Source of the DNA: Rhodospirillales bacterium
GTDB lineage: Bacteria; Pseudomonadota; Alphaproteobacteria; Rhodospirillales; Defluviicoccaceae
NCBI GenBank assembly: GCA_046348725.1
Contig: JAXMDR010000005.1
Location: forward strand, 3,272 to 67,271
Length of the DNA: 64,000 bases
Reading direction: 5' to 3'
Shown here piece by piece: positions 31,933 to 43,139 of the stretch. Below the pieces are notes generated by a model. It ran no database searches. It was not told where the DNA came from and saw only the letters and a list, made by a program, of their open reading frames with translations. Made by a program: the position numbers and the translations under genes. The stretch's first letter is position 1. Each line of letters opens with the position of its first letter.

Positions 31933-33129
31933 CCGCCGGCGTGATAGGCAGGAAACGATGCCGGCGAAGACCATGCGACTGGCGCCGCCGGCGATGACGA
32001 GCGGATGCGACGGGACGCGGGACAGACACCCGTCTAATCAGGGGGCAACTGCCCCCGTTGCAGCGAGGAACCGAGGGCAGGCGGCCGGGCGCCTGCAGGG
32101 GACGCCGTTACCTATAGGCTTCGGCCGAGGCCGGGGGATAGTGGAATGCGCATCACGGGTTCGTCGCGGAAACTGCGTCGATTGGTGATGCGCGGTTGCG
32201 AGTTTCTAAATTTCAAGACATCGGCTTCTGCCGGTCAAATTCGCGGAGCTTGGCCTTTTGCCGGTTCAAGCGGATCGTTCAGTGTGAGCGGGTCACAGAG
32301 ACACAAATTGCAACCCCCAAGGCGCGGACCCGCAGCATTAACAACCAGCGGGTGATAGTTGAAAAAGGCATAAAACACCTCCCGTCGTTCGCGGAAGTGG
32401 GTTTACCCCATAAGGGTTAAATCGCCAAGAAATTATTTTCTGACCGTAGGTCGTATAAACGCAGTTGCCGTCAAGACCAGCCGGAGGGCTGCCGCCGTCG
32501 GCGTTGGTGCGACCGTAGTTCTCAGCCGCCGGCAAGTGTGCGCCAGCCCTCGCTGTCGGCAACTGCTCTCGCCATGACGCACGGCGCAACAGATAACAGC
32601 ACCTCTCTACCCGAAGACAAGTCCGCTGTCCAGACGCTGTTTTGCGATGCAGCATGCCGTGCCGATAATAGGCCGGTTTGACTACAGTCGGTGCGGTGGC
32701 AATAAGGCGCTGATTACGCTGACTGCACCGGCGGCGCGCAACCATATCGATATCGTTAGTCCAGCCGGATTCGCAGAGGCGAATTCATATTTATAAGTAC
32801 TTATTTTATCGAGATCTTGATTATAATAATCAGTTGTTTGAGAGATCGACACTGGCAAGAAAATCTGCCATCGCGCATGGTGAATGTGAGGGTGGATCGA
32901 GGCATTGACGACCGGCGTCATAAAGTGATCGCCGATGTGCGCGTGAAAAAAGGCAAGGGCGCTTCGATCTAATGCTTTTTTATTGGCTGGGCGAATCGGG
33001 CGGCGCCGCCGGAGGAGGGGGCGAGGGGTGCCGCCCGCCGCGCCCGCCATCCCCTGCCGGCGCGGCGCCGTGCGGCGATGCGGCGGACCTTTCCTACGCA
33101 TGGGTCTGTCGCCCTTGCCCCGAGCGCCG

Positions 33130-34469
<1,340 letters not shown>

Positions 34470-34692
34470 CTACCGCACCATGAAGGATAATCGTGGATGT
34501 CTGCCGGGGAAGATCATGCCGTTGTAACAACTCTCGGACAGACCAAAATTGTCCAGCAGGTCGTGCCATTGTGCCCCGGATCACAAGACTGAAACTCCGC
34601 TCCAGTTAGACCTCGGCTCAACTGGATTTCGCGGGCATACCACGATAGAATGCCTTAGTGTAGCAGTCCGTCTTCCAGCACAGGAGACAACA

Positions 34693-35496
34693 ATGATCGT
34701 GAATCGATCCGGCAAGAGATTGGATGCGTCTTCTCCGGGCGGCCGACGCGACCTCAGCCGTCGTCGTCTCCTTGGCTCGGCATCGACCGTTGCCGCGTCA
34801 ATGATGCTCACCATCGCATTGCCGGGTATTGCGATATCGCAGACTCCGAACGCGTCATCGCCTGAGCCGCTCACGGCCATCGACATTCTTCTCGACCCCG
34901 ATCAAACGATGGTTGAAAAAGCCATTGCTGCAAACAAACGGTTGCGCCAGAGCTTTCCCAAGGGGTTCGTCTTGGGCGAAAGCCATCAACCGCACATTTC
35001 AATGTTGCAGCGGTACGTCCGAACGTCGGACCTGGACAACGTATACGCAGCGGTTGCGAAAATACTGGCCGATGAGCACCCAGCTACCTGGATGCTAACT
35101 GCATATAAATACTACTTCATACCGTGGAAGAATATTGGTCTTGCGGGAATTGTAATCAAACCAACAGAAGATCTTAGGAGATTTCAGCGAAATCTGATTG
35201 ACTCTATTGCACCGTTCACCGCTAAAACCGGAACGGCTGCTGCATTTGTCAGAACAAAAGAAGATCCAGACATCAATAAGCCGACGATTGACTATGTCGC
35301 ACGGTATGTACCGGATGCCAGCGGGGACAACTTCAATCCGCACGTAACAATAGGAATTGCATCACAGCGCTTTCTCAAAAAACTAATCAGGGAAAAGTTT
35401 GACAAGTTTACATTCTCTCCGGTAGGAGTATCCGTTTTCCATCTCGGAAATTTTGGAACGGCCCGGGAAAAACTCAAAAGCTGGTCGTTGACTTAA
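34693..35496 (+). CDS. Tat-exported 2H phosphoesterase (2'-5' RNA ligase-like) protein
   Basis: Twin-arginine signal SRRRLLG plus hydrophobic stretch; two Hx(S/T) motifs, PHISML and PHVTIG; lower GC than the host. Confidence 0.7.
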   Translation: MIVNRSGKRLDASSPGGRRDLSRRRLLGSASTVAASMMLTIALPGIAISQTPNASSPEPLTAIDILLDPDQTMVEKAIAANKRLRQSFPKGFVLGESHQPHISMLQRYVRTSDLDNVYAAVAKILADEHPATWMLTAYKYYFIPWKNIGLAGIVIKPTEDLRRFQRNLIDSIAPFTAKTGTAAAFVRTKEDPDINKPTIDYVARYVPDASGDNFNPHVTIGIASQRFLKKLIREKFDKFTFSPVGVSVFHLGNFGTAREKLKSWSLT

Positions 35497-35603
35497 GTAT
35501 GCCAAATTGTTCCTTATTTCCGGTACGGACTTTTGCAGCGTCCGCTCATCCACCGCTGGACAAGCAGAAATCGCAAACCTCTGAACCGACCGATTGGTCC
35601 AGC

Positions 35604-36658
35604 TAGAGCGGGATGAGGTTGTACTGAATCGAAAGGGGATCCCGTTTGGCCGGGAATGGATCTTACCATGGTGGCTGGAGAAGGAGGTCAGCATGATGGC
35701 GCGAGCGTATTCATTGACCTTTCGCGAGCGGGTGGTTATGGTGGCACTATGAGGTTGTCGCGGCGACGGGCGGCGGTGCGCTTTGGCGTTGCGATCACAG
35801 CGCGCGGTGAAGTGGGTCGATCGCCATCAGCGGACCGGCAGCGCTGCGCCCGGCAAGATCGGCGGGCATAAGCCGAGGAAGATCGCCGGCGAGCATGCCG
35901 CCTGGCTGCGTCAGCGCTGCCGCGAGAAGTCCTTCACCTTGCGCGGTCTGGTCCAGGAACTGGCCAGCGAACGCGCGCTGAAGGTCGACTACCGCTCGGT
36001 GTGGGAGTTCGTCCACGCCGAGAAGCTCTCTTACAAAAAAAGACGCTGATCGCCAGCGAACGCGACCGCCCGGCCATCGCCCGGAGGCGCGCGCAATGGA
36101 TAAAGTATCAGGGCCGCATCGAGGCCTCCCGCCTGGTGTTCATCGATGAGACCTGGACCAAGACCAACATGGCGCCGCTCTAGCGGCTGGGCACCGCGCG
36201 GCCAGCGGCTGGTCGGCAAGGCGCCGTACGGGCACTGGCGGACCTCCACCTTCATCGCCGCCCTGCGCCACGATCGCATCGATGCGCCGTGGCTTCTCGA
36301 CGGGCCGGTCAACGGCGAGAGCTTCCGGCTCTACGTCGAGAAGGAACTGGCGCCGACGCTGCAACCCCGCGACATCGTCGTCATGGACAATCTCGGCAGT
36401 CACAAGGCCAAGGCAGTGCGCCGCGCCATCCGCGCTGTCGGCGCTACGCTATTGTTCTTGCCGAAATATTCGCCCGACCTCAACCCGATCGAGCAGCTGT
36501 TCGCCAAGCTGAAGCACTGCTTGCGCAACGACGCCGAGCGAACCCGCGAAGCCGTCAGCACCGCCATCGCCCGCATCCTCGACGCCGTTCCCGCAACCGA
36601 ATGCGCCAACTACCTCGCCAATGCCGGCTACGCTCGAACCTAATCTCATCCCGCTCTA
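35604..36658 (+). mobile_element. IS630-family insertion sequence (split transposase, degraded or error-bearing)
   Basis: TIRs TAGAGCGGGATGAGGTT and AATCTCATCCCGCTCTA with terminal TA; A7G slippery site at 36035-36042; catalytic motifs FIDETW, VMDNLGSH, YSPDLNPIE; extra stop at 36181. Confidence 0.92.
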
Positions 36659-38805
36659 GAACGCTGGCTGCGCCGGCGCGGGCAGCAGCGATGGTGGTTG
36701 GTTGAGCAGCGCTCGCCCGTCGTTCACCACACGTCCCTGCTCCAGGGCGATGACCTGGTCTCGAGGTGGGCGGATCGTCTCCGGCCGGTGGGCGACGATG
36801 ATCCCGCGTCACGGCGCGCATGCGGACTGCTTCGTTCACCGCCTTCTCGCGGTCGATGTCGAGGTGGCTGGTCGCCTCATCCAGCAGCAGGATGGCGGGC
36901 CGGCGGTAGAGGGCGCGGGCGATCAGCACCCGCTGCTTCTGGCCGCCGGAGAGGACCGTCCCCATGTCTCCCATCAGTGTTTCATAGGCCATCGGCATGG
37001 CCATGATGTCGTCATGCACGGCGGCAAGGCGGGCGCACCTCGATGCGCTCGCGACTCGGCTGATCGGAGAAGAAGCTGATGTTGTCGGCGAGGGAGCCGG
37101 CGAACAGCTGGTCGTCCTGCATGACGACGCCGATCATCGCCCGGTACTGCTCGGTGCCGAGGCGCCTCAGTGGATCACCGTTCACCAGGATCTCGCCTTC
37201 CGTCGGCACCAGCAGGTTGGCGAGCAGCTTAATAGCGTCGTCTTGCCGCACCGAGCTGCTGACGATCGCCACCGACTCGCCCGGCCGGATCCGCAGATCG
37301 ATGCCGTCCAGCACCCAGGGATCGTTCTCACTGTAGCGGAAGCGCAGGCCGCGCACCTTGATCTCGCCTCGCGGACCACCATGGCTGCGAGCGGCTTCCT
37401 GGGTTCCGCCGGTCAGCGCGATGTCGGCCAGCCGCTCCGCGCAGCCGCAGCATCCGCAGCTCCACCCCGCGGTCGATCAGCGTGCTGACCCGCTCCAGGA
37501 ACTGTCCCTGATAGGCGATGAAGGCGAACAGCATGCCGATGGAAAAGGTATTGCCGAGCACCTTCTGTGCGCCGATGAAAATGATCAGGATGCTCAGCGT
37601 TCCCATCAGCAGCGAGCTGGCCGTCCGGAACACCAGTCCCAGCTTCTGCGTGGTAAGCTCGCGGTTGACCGTTTCGACCAACAGGTTGAGCCAGTGCGTC
37701 CGCCGCCCCTGCTGGCCGTTGAACAGCTTGATCGCCTTGATGCCGCGCAGGGTCTCGAGGAAATGACTGTCCTGGCGCGCCTCCCAGACGATTGCCTCCA
37801 GCGATGCCAGCCACAGCGGTGTGTAGAAGACCCAGCGGATGATCCCGTAGAGCACCGCCCCCGCCACCACCAGGATGGCCAGCGCCGGCGAGTAGATGAA
37901 CATGATGACGGCAGTGAGGCTCGCCATGATCCCGTCCAGCACCGCCTCGATCAATTCGGTGGTGATCGCCTGCAAGATCGTATCCTGCGAGCCGAACCGC
38001 GACATGATGTCGGCCATGTGCCGAGTTTCGAAGTATGACGCCGGCAGGCTAAGCAGGTGCGAGAACAAATTGGCGCGGGCCTGTACCCGCAGCGAGGCGC
38101 TGAGCACCATCACCATCCAGCCGCGCATCGTCGAGACGGCGGTATTGATGAGCAGCAGCAGCGCCATGGCGAGACGATGGTCACCAGCAGATCGCGTTCG
38201 GCGGTCACCAGCGCCTCGTCCACCACCCACTGCATCAGCAGCGGGCTGACCATGGCGAACACCTCGATCGCCAGCGCCAGTCCGAGCAGCAAGGCGAGCG
38301 AGCGCTTGATGCCGGCGAGGCGTCCGAGCAGGCGGCGCACCTTGATCCGCGGCGCCGCCTCGGCGTTGGTGAATTCGGTGCCGGGGGTCAGTTCCAGGGC
38401 GACGCCGGTGAAATGCCGCGAGACCAGCGCGCGGGGCATGCGACGGACGCCCACGGCGGGATCGTGGATGACGATGGCATTAGGGCTGACGCTCTTGACC
38501 ACGACGAAGTGGTTGAGGTCCCAGTGCAGGATGCACGGGCGCTTCAGCAAGGCGATCTCGTCGAGCTCGATCCGCAGCGGCCGCGATACCATTCCCAGGC
38601 CGTCGGCAATGCGGATCAGGTCCTTCAGCGTTGCTCCGCGCAGCGACAGCCCGTACTGGCGGCGGAGGTGGGTCAGATCGGTATTGTGGCCGAAGTAGCT
38701 CGCGACCATGGCGAGACAGGCGAGGCCGCACTCCGCCGCCTCGGTCTGCAGGATCATCGGCAGGCGACGGCCGAAGCCGAGATTGACGTGCTCGAGGACG
38801 TTCAT
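36656..38805 (-). CDS. Peptidase-containing ABC transporter (C39 peptidase-TMD-NBD, CvaB/MchF-like), several frameshifts
   Basis: [30 protein letters not shown]; TM domain; [35 protein letters not shown]. Stop TAG coincides with the IS630 end. Confidence 0.9.
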
Positions 38806-40115
38806 ACCCACCACTTTCCGGTAATGGAAATCAGCGGTTCGAACATCCATTCGATCAGCCGCCGCTTCTCCATCAGGACGTCCGCTTCCAGTTGCATCCC
38901 GGGCTGCAGCGGCACCGCCTCGCCGTAGGCGGTCGCCGTCTGGCGGGCGAGGGCGACGGTGATGCGGTAGACCGGCTCGTCGGCGGCGAACAGGCTGGTA
39001 AGGCCGGATAGCTGGGTGAGCTCGGCGGGATTGATCGCCGTCCGCGAGACCTCGGCGACAACACCCTCGTACTGGCCGAACTTCTGGTAGGGAAAGGCGT
39101 CGTAGCGCAGCAGCACCCGCTGGCCGGCGCGGATGAAGCCGATGGCGCGGCTGGTGCCGAACAGCTGGGCCTCCAGCTTCTGGCCTGCCGGCACGATGTT
39201 CATCAGCGGGGCGGAGGTGCCGACATTGCTGCCCAGCTCGGCCTGGACGGCGGTTACGGTTCCCGCCTGCGGCGCCTGGATGACGATCTCACGCTGCGCT
39301 TCGGTCTCGGCGATCTCCTGCTCCAGAGCCGCAATCTGACGATCGACGTCGGCGCGCTCCATCTCGATGCTCAGCGGCAGGTTGCCCAACTCGCCTTCCA
39401 TCTCCAGGATCTCGCGGCGGGTCGCTGCCTGGCTGCGCTCCAGCTCGCCCAGCGTCATCGCTTGGTTCAGACGCTCCTCCTGCGCCTGCTGCGCCTGACG
39501 CAGCGAGGCGTTGCCGCCTTGCAGCAGCAGCTTCTGGCGGTTCTCGGCCTCTTCCGCCAGCTTTAGCCGCGAGCGTTGGAACTCCGCCTGCTCCTGCAGA
39601 TACCGCTGCTCCGAACGCCGCGCCAGCAGCCGCGCCGATACGTCCTCGACGCGCCGCGCGTAGAGCCGCGAGCGTGTCTCCCGCTCGGCTTTGAGGCTGT
39701 CCCGCCGGCTCTGCAGCCGCCGCACGATCTCTTCACGGGTGGCGCCCAGCGCTTCGCTCTGCAGTTCAGTGGACAGCGCCAGCAGCGGCGCCCCCTTGGC
39801 GACCTCCATCCCCTCGCGCGCCGGCAGGGCGATGACGACCCCGGGAAGCGGGGCGAACACCCGCAGCACGCCCTGCTGCGGCACCAGCCAGCCGTTGATC
39901 CGTGCCTTGCGGGTGTACTGGCCGAAGACCAGCAGCGATATCACGGCAACGGCGGCCGCCAGCGCAAAGGCGGTGAGGGCGAACTGCGATATTCCCGGCG
40001 CCAGCAGTACGGTGCCTAGCCAGCGCGTCTGGTTCTCGGCAAAAACCTCGGTCCGGAACAGCCGTTCCCTGCGCGGCGGCGGCTGAACAGAGGTGGTTGA
40101 ACCGGCATCCGGCAT
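38802..40115 (-). CDS. HlyD-family membrane fusion protein (CvaA/MchE-like)
   Basis: LFRTEV, single TM, YTRKARING, coiled coil, LRYDAFPYQKFG, LQPGMQLEAD, LIEWMFEPL; ATGA overlap with the transporter. Confidence 0.93.
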   Translation of the reverse strand: MPDAGSTTSVQPPPRRERLFRTEVFAENQTRWLGTVLLAPGISQFALTAFALAAAVAVISLLVFGQYTRKARINGWLVPQQGVLRVFAPLPGVVIALPAREGMEVAKGAPLLALSTELQSEALGATREEIVRRLQSRRDSLKAERETRSRLYARRVEDVSARLLARRSEQRYLQEQAEFQRSRLKLAEEAENRQKLLLQGGNASLRQAQQAQEERLNQAMTLGELERSQAATRREILEMEGELGNLPLSIEMERADVDRQIAALEQEIAETEAQREIVIQAPQAGTVTAVQAELGSNVGTSAPLMNIVPAGQKLEAQLFGTSRAIGFIRAGQRVLLRYDAFPYQKFGQYEGVVAEVSRTAINPAELTQLSGLTSLFAADEPVYRITVALARQTATAYGEAVPLQPGMQLEADVLMEKRRLIEWMFEPLISITGKWWV

Positions 40116-40186
40116 GCAGGGCTATCCCGCTCTCCCGAGCCCGGACGGAATTGCCGCAGCGTTATCGGAAGGGTTCGCCATCGTGG

Positions 40187-40223
40187 AAAAAAAGCGTGTC
40201 CCGCGCATCGCTGCGCGGGACAC
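40187..40223 (-). terminator. Rho-independent terminator between the precursor and hlyD
   Basis: Perfect 12-bp stem GTGTCCCGCGCA / TGCGCGGGACAC with a 4-nt loop, followed by GC and T7 on the minus strand. Confidence 0.85.
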
Positions 40224-40329
40224 AGAACTCCCGGGCCACACGTGCCGAGCGACTGACCCACCGCCCGCCAAAGTAGCCAGACAAGGAGTTCTAGCCAGTC
40301 ATCAACGCAACTTCCGCGTCAATGTGCTA

Positions 40330-40548
40330 TCAGCACCCCTTGCGCCCGCGGTGCGGCCGGTGGCCATGACGCGGCCTGCCGTGATGAGGCGGCTTGCCGT
40401 GCGGCGGCGGGGGAGGCGGCGGCGGCGGCGGCGGATAATGCGGTGGTGGCGGCGGAGGAGGTGGTGGTGGAGGTGGTGGCGGAGGCGCCGCGGCACAACC
40501 GCCACCTCCATACACGTGATCCAACTCGTCAATCATCAGGTCCCGCAT
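40330..40548 (-). CDS. Double-glycine-leader precursor peptide with polyproline and His/Arg-rich core
   Basis: AGAGGGG RBS; leader MRDLMIDELDHVYGG; core GGCAAA-P15-HY-P11-HGKPPHHGRPRHGHRPHRGRKGC; mixed Pro codons; tandem stops TGA TAG; directly upstream of hlyD and the peptidase transporter. Confidence 0.85.
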   Translation of the reverse strand: MRDLMIDELDHVYGGGGCAAAPPPPPPPPPPPPPPPHYPPPPPPPPPPPHGKPPHHGRPRHGHRPHRGRKGC

Positions 40549-40979
40549 AGTTACCCCTCTAATTGCTTGAGGTGATTACCGTCGAGGTCGGAAAATAGAC
40601 AGTCAAGAGCCCCATTCCACTCCCCGAGGGCGCTTGCGACGTCACGTCGTAAGCAGGAAAAGGCTAGACGACAAACGCGCTGTTCGCAAGATAGTTTTAT
40701 AATATACTACAATTGTAGATGTTTACGTACTGGCACAGTCCATAAGAAGCAACAAAATACATTACGATGATCCCTATACAGACCGGCTTTTTCCCGCAGT
40801 TCGGTTAAAAAAGTGAGGATTCGGCCAAATTTTACCGGTTGTTAGTTTGCTTGGCCTATCCGGACGAAAAAGGCTGTTGACAGGACCTGATCTGCAAAGT
40901 GCGGCCTGAAAGCCACGCATCGAAAGCGACGTGAGCTTGCAGGTGCCAGCGCGGGTCGTTGTCTCCCCGAAGCGGCCGA

Positions 40980-41575
40980 TCAGCGGCTGAGGGAGTGGCG
41001 GTTGCAGGGCGCGCAGGTTCCAGCGGCCGGCATGCCCGGACAGGCAAACGCAGGTGAGCGGCCCGACGTCGATGCGCCAGAAGACGGCGGGGGCGGCTGC
41101 CAGCGCGTGCACGATGGCGGCCGACGACGGCGGGGTGGGTCACGGCGGCGATCCGTCGCGGCGTTGCGGTGCCGGGCAGGCGTCCAGCCCGGCCAGCCAG
41201 CCGCCGACGCGCCAGCAGCTCCAGTAGCGTCTCGCCGCCGTGAGGCTGCCGCCGGGCTACAGAGCCAGGCGCGGACCAGATCCGGCTCGTCCGCCTGTAG
41301 CGCAGCGAGGTCGAGCCGCGCCACCTGGCGTAATCGCAGTCGCGGAGCCGGTGTTCGGGCGTCGCCTCCAGGCCAAGGGCGGCCGCGGGACCCGCGCGTG
41401 CGCCGTTCCGGCGCGCAGTAGCACAGGTTCGCCGCCTCCATTGTGCCTGCTGCCGCCCCAGCAGCGGCTCTGCCCGCCGCATCCAGTGTTCGTCGTCGTC
41501 GGCCACCGCTGCCGCCCTTGCGCCGGCGTGGAGGCATGGCAGACGAGCGTGAGGCGGATCACGTGGTCATCATCA
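40980..41575 (-). pseudogene. Histidine phosphatase family (CobC-like), heavily frameshifted; ends approximate
   Basis: Fragments in different frames: RLTLVCHAST, LRDCDYARWRG, PHGGETL, IAAVTHPAVV, FWRIDVGPL, GRWNLR. Confidence 0.7.
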
Positions 41576-41604
41576 GAGGCGCCCTCCTGGGCGACAACCG
41601 CGGA

Positions 41605-41646
41605 CGACCAAGGTCGTCCGACCAAAGTCGTGCGACCAAAGTCCCG
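41605..41646 (+). promoter_or_regulatory. Three tandem 14-bp units with a palindromic GAC-N4-GTC core; putative regulator operator for mdo
   Basis: CGACCAAGGTCGTC / CGACCAAAGTCGTG / CGACCAAAGTCCCG, about 135 bp upstream of ATG 41780. Confidence 0.6.
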
Positions 41647-41779
41647 GCGCGTCTCTGCCGCCGTTCATGGCATCTTCTGCGTCCTGCAAAACAGTGCAGG
41701 CAATTGGAAGAACAAGTTCCTGAAATTCCCGATGCCGGGAGTTCGTGAATAAAGGAATTGACGGAGGAGGAGACTCGTC

Positions 41780-43045
41780 ATGCAGGTGGAGAAGCTTTGG
41801 CAATTTCCGATCAAGGAATTTCACCGGATTCCGCGCGGACTGCTCGGGCCCGGATCGTACGAACTGATCGGCGTTGAGGCCAAGAAGCTGGGATTCAAGC
41901 GCTCGCTGCTGACCACCAGCGGCCTGCGCGGCACCGGCGTCATCGACGACATCGTCGGCAAGGTGCGCTACCAGGGCGTCGATGTGATCGTCTATGACAA
42001 GATCGAGTCCAATCCCAAGGACTACAACTGCATGGAGATCGCCGATCTCTACATGAAGGAGAAGTGCGACAGCTTCATCTCCGTCGGCGGCGGCAGCACC
42101 ACCGATGCGACCAAGGGTGCGCGCCTGGTGATCGCCCACGACGGCCGCAACGTCAATGAGTTCGACGGCTTCAACAAGTCGGAGAATCCCAACAACCCGC
42201 CGCACATCGCCGTCAACACCACCGCCGGCACCGGCTCCGAGACCAGCTGGGCCTTCGTCATCACCGACACCACGTCGGAGAAGGCGCCCTACAAGTGGCT
42301 CGGCTTCGACGACAACTGCCCGGCGACGCTGAGCATCAACGATCCCGTGCTGCATTTCTCGCTGCCACAGGACCTGACCGCCTATTGCGGCTTCGATGTC
42401 CTCGCCCATGCCTCCGAGCCTTACGTCTCGCGGCTCGACTTCATGCCGAGTCTCGGCAGTGCGTTGAAGGCGATCGAGGTGGTCGCGCAGAACCTGCGCC
42501 GCGCCGTGTTCGAGCCGAGCAACTACGAGGCCCGGTACAACATGATGTTCGCCTCCTACATCTCGGCGCAGGCGTTCAACAGCGGCGGCCTCGGCATCAT
42601 CCACTCGATCTCCCACGCGGTGAGCGCGTTCTACGACAGCCATCACGGGCTGAACAACGCCATCGGCCTGCCGCGCGTGTGGGAGTTCAATATGCCCACC
42701 TGCTACAAGCGCTTCCGCGACATCGCCCGCGCCATGGGCGAGAACGTCGACGGGCTGAGCGATGTCGCCGCCGCCGACCGGGCGCTCGAGGCAGCGGTCA
42801 AGCTCAGCAAGGACGTCGGCATTCCGTCCAACTTCGCCAGCATCGGCGGCTACACCAAGTCGCAGATGGGCAAAGGCAAGTACGCCCAGTGGCAGAACGG
42901 CGGCATCAACGGCGACGACCATAACGTCGACCGCATCACCCGTCACGTTCAGGGCGACGGCTCGACGCCCGGCAACGCCCGCGAGGTCACCTATGACGCG
43001 GTGGCGCCGATCGTCAAGCACTCGCTGGTCGGCTCCTACTACTGA
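41780..43045 (+). CDS. mdo: NDMA-dependent methanol/alcohol dehydrogenase (MDO/Mno, group III nicotinoprotein)
   Basis: WQFPIKEFH, GVEAKKLGFKR, ESNPKDYN, GGGS, TTAGTGSETSWA, DVLAHASE, HSISHAVSAFYDSHHGLNN, TPGNAREVT closely follow actinobacterial MDO as I recall it; strong GGAGGAGG RBS. Confidence 0.92.
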   Translation: MQVEKLWQFPIKEFHRIPRGLLGPGSYELIGVEAKKLGFKRSLLTTSGLRGTGVIDDIVGKVRYQGVDVIVYDKIESNPKDYNCMEIADLYMKEKCDSFISVGGGSTTDATKGARLVIAHDGRNVNEFDGFNKSENPNNPPHIAVNTTAGTGSETSWAFVITDTTSEKAPYKWLGFDDNCPATLSINDPVLHFSLPQDLTAYCGFDVLAHASEPYVSRLDFMPSLGSALKAIEVVAQNLRRAVFEPSNYEARYNMMFASYISAQAFNSGGLGIIHSISHAVSAFYDSHHGLNNAIGLPRVWEFNMPTCYKRFRDIARAMGENVDGLSDVAAADRALEAAVKLSKDVGIPSNFASIGGYTKSQMGKGKYAQWQNGGINGDDHNVDRITRHVQGDGSTPGNAREVTYDAVAPIVKHSLVGSYY

Positions 43046-43139
43046 GCCGGGAGGAGGGGCCGACCCCCCTCCGCGCTGCGGCCCGTGAGCCTCTTCTGAC
43101 GTGAGCCGGACCTGCTCTCCCCCTGCAGCAGGTCCGGCG

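Noticed and set aside
32041-32062. CTGCCCCCG as a second cobalamin riboswitch
   Set aside because: Only a short GGGGGCA/TGCCCCC hairpin; the other riboswitch elements are absent
40330-40548. Polyproline ORF as a GC-rich shadow frame or microsatellite
   Set aside because: RBS, GG leader, mixed synonymous Pro codons, terminator and adjacent C39 exporter all support a real gene; the overlapping Arg-rich frames are the shadows
41668-41681. TGGCAT...TGC as a sigma54 promoter for mdo
   Set aside because: GG-to-GC spacing is 8, not the required 10
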